A DNA stretch of 64,000 nucleotides from Rhodosorus marinus CCMP1338 (Eukaryota; Plantae; Rhodophyta), in NCBI GenBank assembly GCA_029953675.1, contig JAMWBK010000008.1, positions 806,001 to 870,000 on the forward strand. The letters run 5' to 3'. Positions 61,929 through 64,000 of the stretch are shown piece after piece. Position 1 is the stretch's first letter; each line of letters starts with the position of its first letter. The position numbers and the translations under genes are program-made. The notes beneath the pieces are model-generated. The model was not told the origin of the DNA. It searched no databases and was given only the letters and a program-made list of their open reading frames with translations.

Positions 61929-63836
61929 ATGGGGGAGGAGGTGAAGGTGGAGTCGGAGGGTGCACCGAACGGAGTGGTGCCTGATGGTAGCCCCGGTGAG
62001 GATTCGATGGCGCCGAGTGGGGATGGGAAGGATGGTGAGAAAGATCGAGGGAGGAAGGATCGGGAACGTGAGAGGAGTTATCGGGACCGGGATAGGGACC
62101 GACGAAGGGATTCTCGTGAAAGGGACCGGGACCGAGAGCGCATAAGGGATAAGGATAGATACCGGGATCGTAATAGACACCGGGACTATGATCACGACTA
62201 TGATAGGAGACGGAAGGATCGGGATCGAAGGCGTGACAGGTCACGGTCTCGTTCTCCCAGACGAAGAAGACGAAGGTCTAGATCTGCATCCTATTCTAGG
62301 TCTCGCTCGCGGGATAGATACAGGCACAGACGATATAGGGATCGACGGTCGAGGAGCCCTAGTAGGGGTGGAAAGAGGAGACGAAGTAGGAGTAAGGGGA
62401 GAAGCCCGGATAGGTACCGAAGATCTCGGGATGAGAGGAGGGGTTCGCCCGGCGGAGGTGCTGACTTTGATCCGTCGAAGCAGTTCCGCGACGAGGAAGA
62501 GGAAAAACGGCTCGCTGCGGAAAAAGAAGTTGCGGAAATGGAAAGAGACTTGAGGACAATATTCATTTGGCAACTTTCACAAAAAGTAAGAGAACGGGAC
62601 GTGTTTGATTTGTTCAGTAAGGCGGGAAAAGTTCGTGATGTGCGCCTTATTATTGACAGAAGGACTGGGCGTCATAAGGGCGCTGGTTATGTTGAGTTCT
62701 ACTACAAGGAGGCTATTCCAAAGGCCATGGAACTCAACGGACAGGCGATACGCGGCTTTCCAGTTGCAGTCAAGCCATCCGAAGCAGAGAAAAATATAGC
62801 GGCGGAGATGGCAGCGAAGGACGCAGCTGCAGTTGGCGCAGCCGCGTCGGCAACAGCAACAGCAACAGCAACTGCGGATGCCAAGGAACTTAACCAGGCC
62901 GATCTTGCAACGGTTGCTAGCATGGCGAAACCTACACCTGGTGCCCAAGGATTCACCAAGCTGTACGTGGGGTCCGTGCACTTTTCAGTTTCAGAAGATG
63001 ACCTCCGCACCATTTTCTCGCCTTACGGAGATCTAGCTTCTCTTCAGCTTCATCGAGATGCGGATACTGGAAGGTCCAAAGGATTCGGATTTATTCAATA
63101 TTCTAAGCATGAGTCAGCGCAGAAGGCGTTGGAGCAATTGAACGGCTTGGAGCTGGCTGGGCGCGCTCTGAGAGTTGGCCTCGCATCAACGGAAGCTCTC
63201 CGGCTTGGAACGACAGCTGCGGCAATGAGCGGTGGACAATTGAACCCTACCACGGGCGAGCAACCAGGAGAAGGTGCCACCGCTGGTAGTGTGCCCACGG
63301 TCCTGACCACCGCTGATCGTGATGGTCTGAACGAGCTCGATGATGGTCAAGACCGCGGATTGGCGTTGACTGCAAATCAGAGAGCGCAACTGATGCAAAA
63401 GCTCTCCCGAGGAGAAGAGATTGCACCTAGCGCTCCTGCGGCTGCTGACGCGGCTGCGCAAGGAGCTGCGATAACGGCTCCGGGGATGGTAGCGACTCTA
63501 CCTGGATACAACCCGCCTCTAACAGTTTCTCGAGCACCGTCTCGATGTCTCATGCTTCGAAACATGTTTGATCCTCAGGAGGAGACGGAGCCGGATTTCC
63601 ACATGCAAGTTGCCGAGGATGTCAGAGATGAGTGTTTGGAGAAATTCGGACCCTTGAAGCACTTGATCGTTGACAAGAACAGCGCTGGCATCGTCTATCT
63701 AAAGTTTGATCAGCTTCCACATGCAGTTGCTGCAAAGGCGAGCTTGAGCGGGCGGTTTTTTGCGGGTAAGCAGGTGATCGCCGAGTTCATCGCTGAGCCC
63801 ATTTATCAGCAACGCTTTGCCGACGTTCAGGACTAG
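61929..63836 (+). CDS. RBM39: RBM39/CAPER-like splicing factor (RS domain, two RRMs, linker, UHM), intronless
   Basis: 635-aa ORF: RS/RD region, ERDLRTIFIWQL...DVRLIIDRRTGRHKGAGYVEF, KLYVGSVHF...GRSKGFGFIQY, RAQLMQKL, and CLMLRNMFDPQEE...EDVRDEC...GRFFAGKQV. Confidence 0.95.
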   Translation: MGEEVKVESEGAPNGVVPDGSPGEDSMAPSGDGKDGEKDRGRKDRERERSYRDRDRDRRRDSRERDRDRERIRDKDRYRDRNRHRDYDHDYDRRRKDRDRRRDRSRSRSPRRRRRRSRSASYSRSRSRDRYRHRRYRDRRSRSPSRGGKRRRSRSKGRSPDRYRRSRDERRGSPGGGADFDPSKQFRDEEEEKRLAAEKEVAEMERDLRTIFIWQLSQKVRERDVFDLFSKAGKVRDVRLIIDRRTGRHKGAGYVEFYYKEAIPKAMELNGQAIRGFPVAVKPSEAEKNIAAEMAAKDAAAVGAAASATATATATADAKELNQADLATVASMAKPTPGAQGFTKLYVGSVHFSVSEDDLRTIFSPYGDLASLQLHRDADTGRSKGFGFIQYSKHESAQKALEQLNGLELAGRALRVGLASTEALRLGTTAAAMSGGQLNPTTGEQPGEGATAGSVPTVLTTADRDGLNELDDGQDRGLALTANQRAQLMQKLSRGEEIAPSAPAAADAAAQGAAITAPGMVATLPGYNPPLTVSRAPSRCLMLRNMFDPQEETEPDFHMQVAEDVRDECLEKFGPLKHLIVDKNSAGIVYLKFDQLPHAVAAKASLSGRFFAGKQVIAEFIAEPIYQQRFADVQD

Positions 63837-64000
63837 ATAAACGTAGGTACCGTGGTTATGGAGGTGCACACTTGGCTTGTGCGCGGGAGATGCACAACGT
63901 ATGTAAAACGAAGACTATTTTCTCTTGTCAAGTATTTTCCGCTCTTGTTTCCAGGGTCCTTGAAACCGCTCGTTTGCCGCAGGATTGTGAGTCCCCTGTT

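Noticed and set aside
61653-62244. Long Pro/Ser/Ile-rich minus-strand ORFs (61653-62195, 61741-62244) and similar ones opposite U2AF65 exon 1, etfA and G6PD
   Set aside because: These are antisense shadows of purine-rich RS-domain or codon-biased coding sequence.

Overview
This is eukaryotic nuclear DNA from a compact, gene-dense genome. Most introns are GT-AG and about 70-150 nt long, and several genes carry Phe-containing plastid transit peptides (MAFVGS..., MEGVGF...). That points to a photosynthetic eukaryote, most plausibly a red alga; this is inference, not a database match. I can assemble about 24 protein-coding genes by hand-splicing: plastid ribosomal protein S1, a plastid metallo-beta-lactamase-fold protein, cytosolic G6PD, prefoldin alpha (PFDN5), a Deg/HtrA-like protein, ETF-alpha, a calmodulin-like protein, an EI24/CysZ-like membrane protein, DAD1, a CAMK-type kinase, an NT-C2 coiled-coil protein, U2AF65, a class I FBPase, a copine-like tandem-C2 protein, V-ATPase F, a PPR-like protein, bacterial-type CysQ, a ZIP transporter, RRP7, RBM39 and a few hypotheticals. 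There is also an orphan Ty1/Copia gag ORF, several diverged 40-230 bp intergenic duplications, a 38-bp palindrome and microsatellites. I found no rRNA, tRNA or CRISPR array. The best leads are two probable pseudoenzymes. The FBPase keeps its ligand-binding residues but has Lys at catalytic Asp74 and Ser at Glu98. The Deg-like protein lacks the catalytic His and Ser. Other leads are a 15-nt kinase microexon, a possible poison acceptor in the long U2AF65 intron 1, an intron-bearing bacterial-type cysQ, and a cluster of GACAGACTGTC palindromes in a divergent promoter. All exon boundaries were read by eye and need transcript confirmation.
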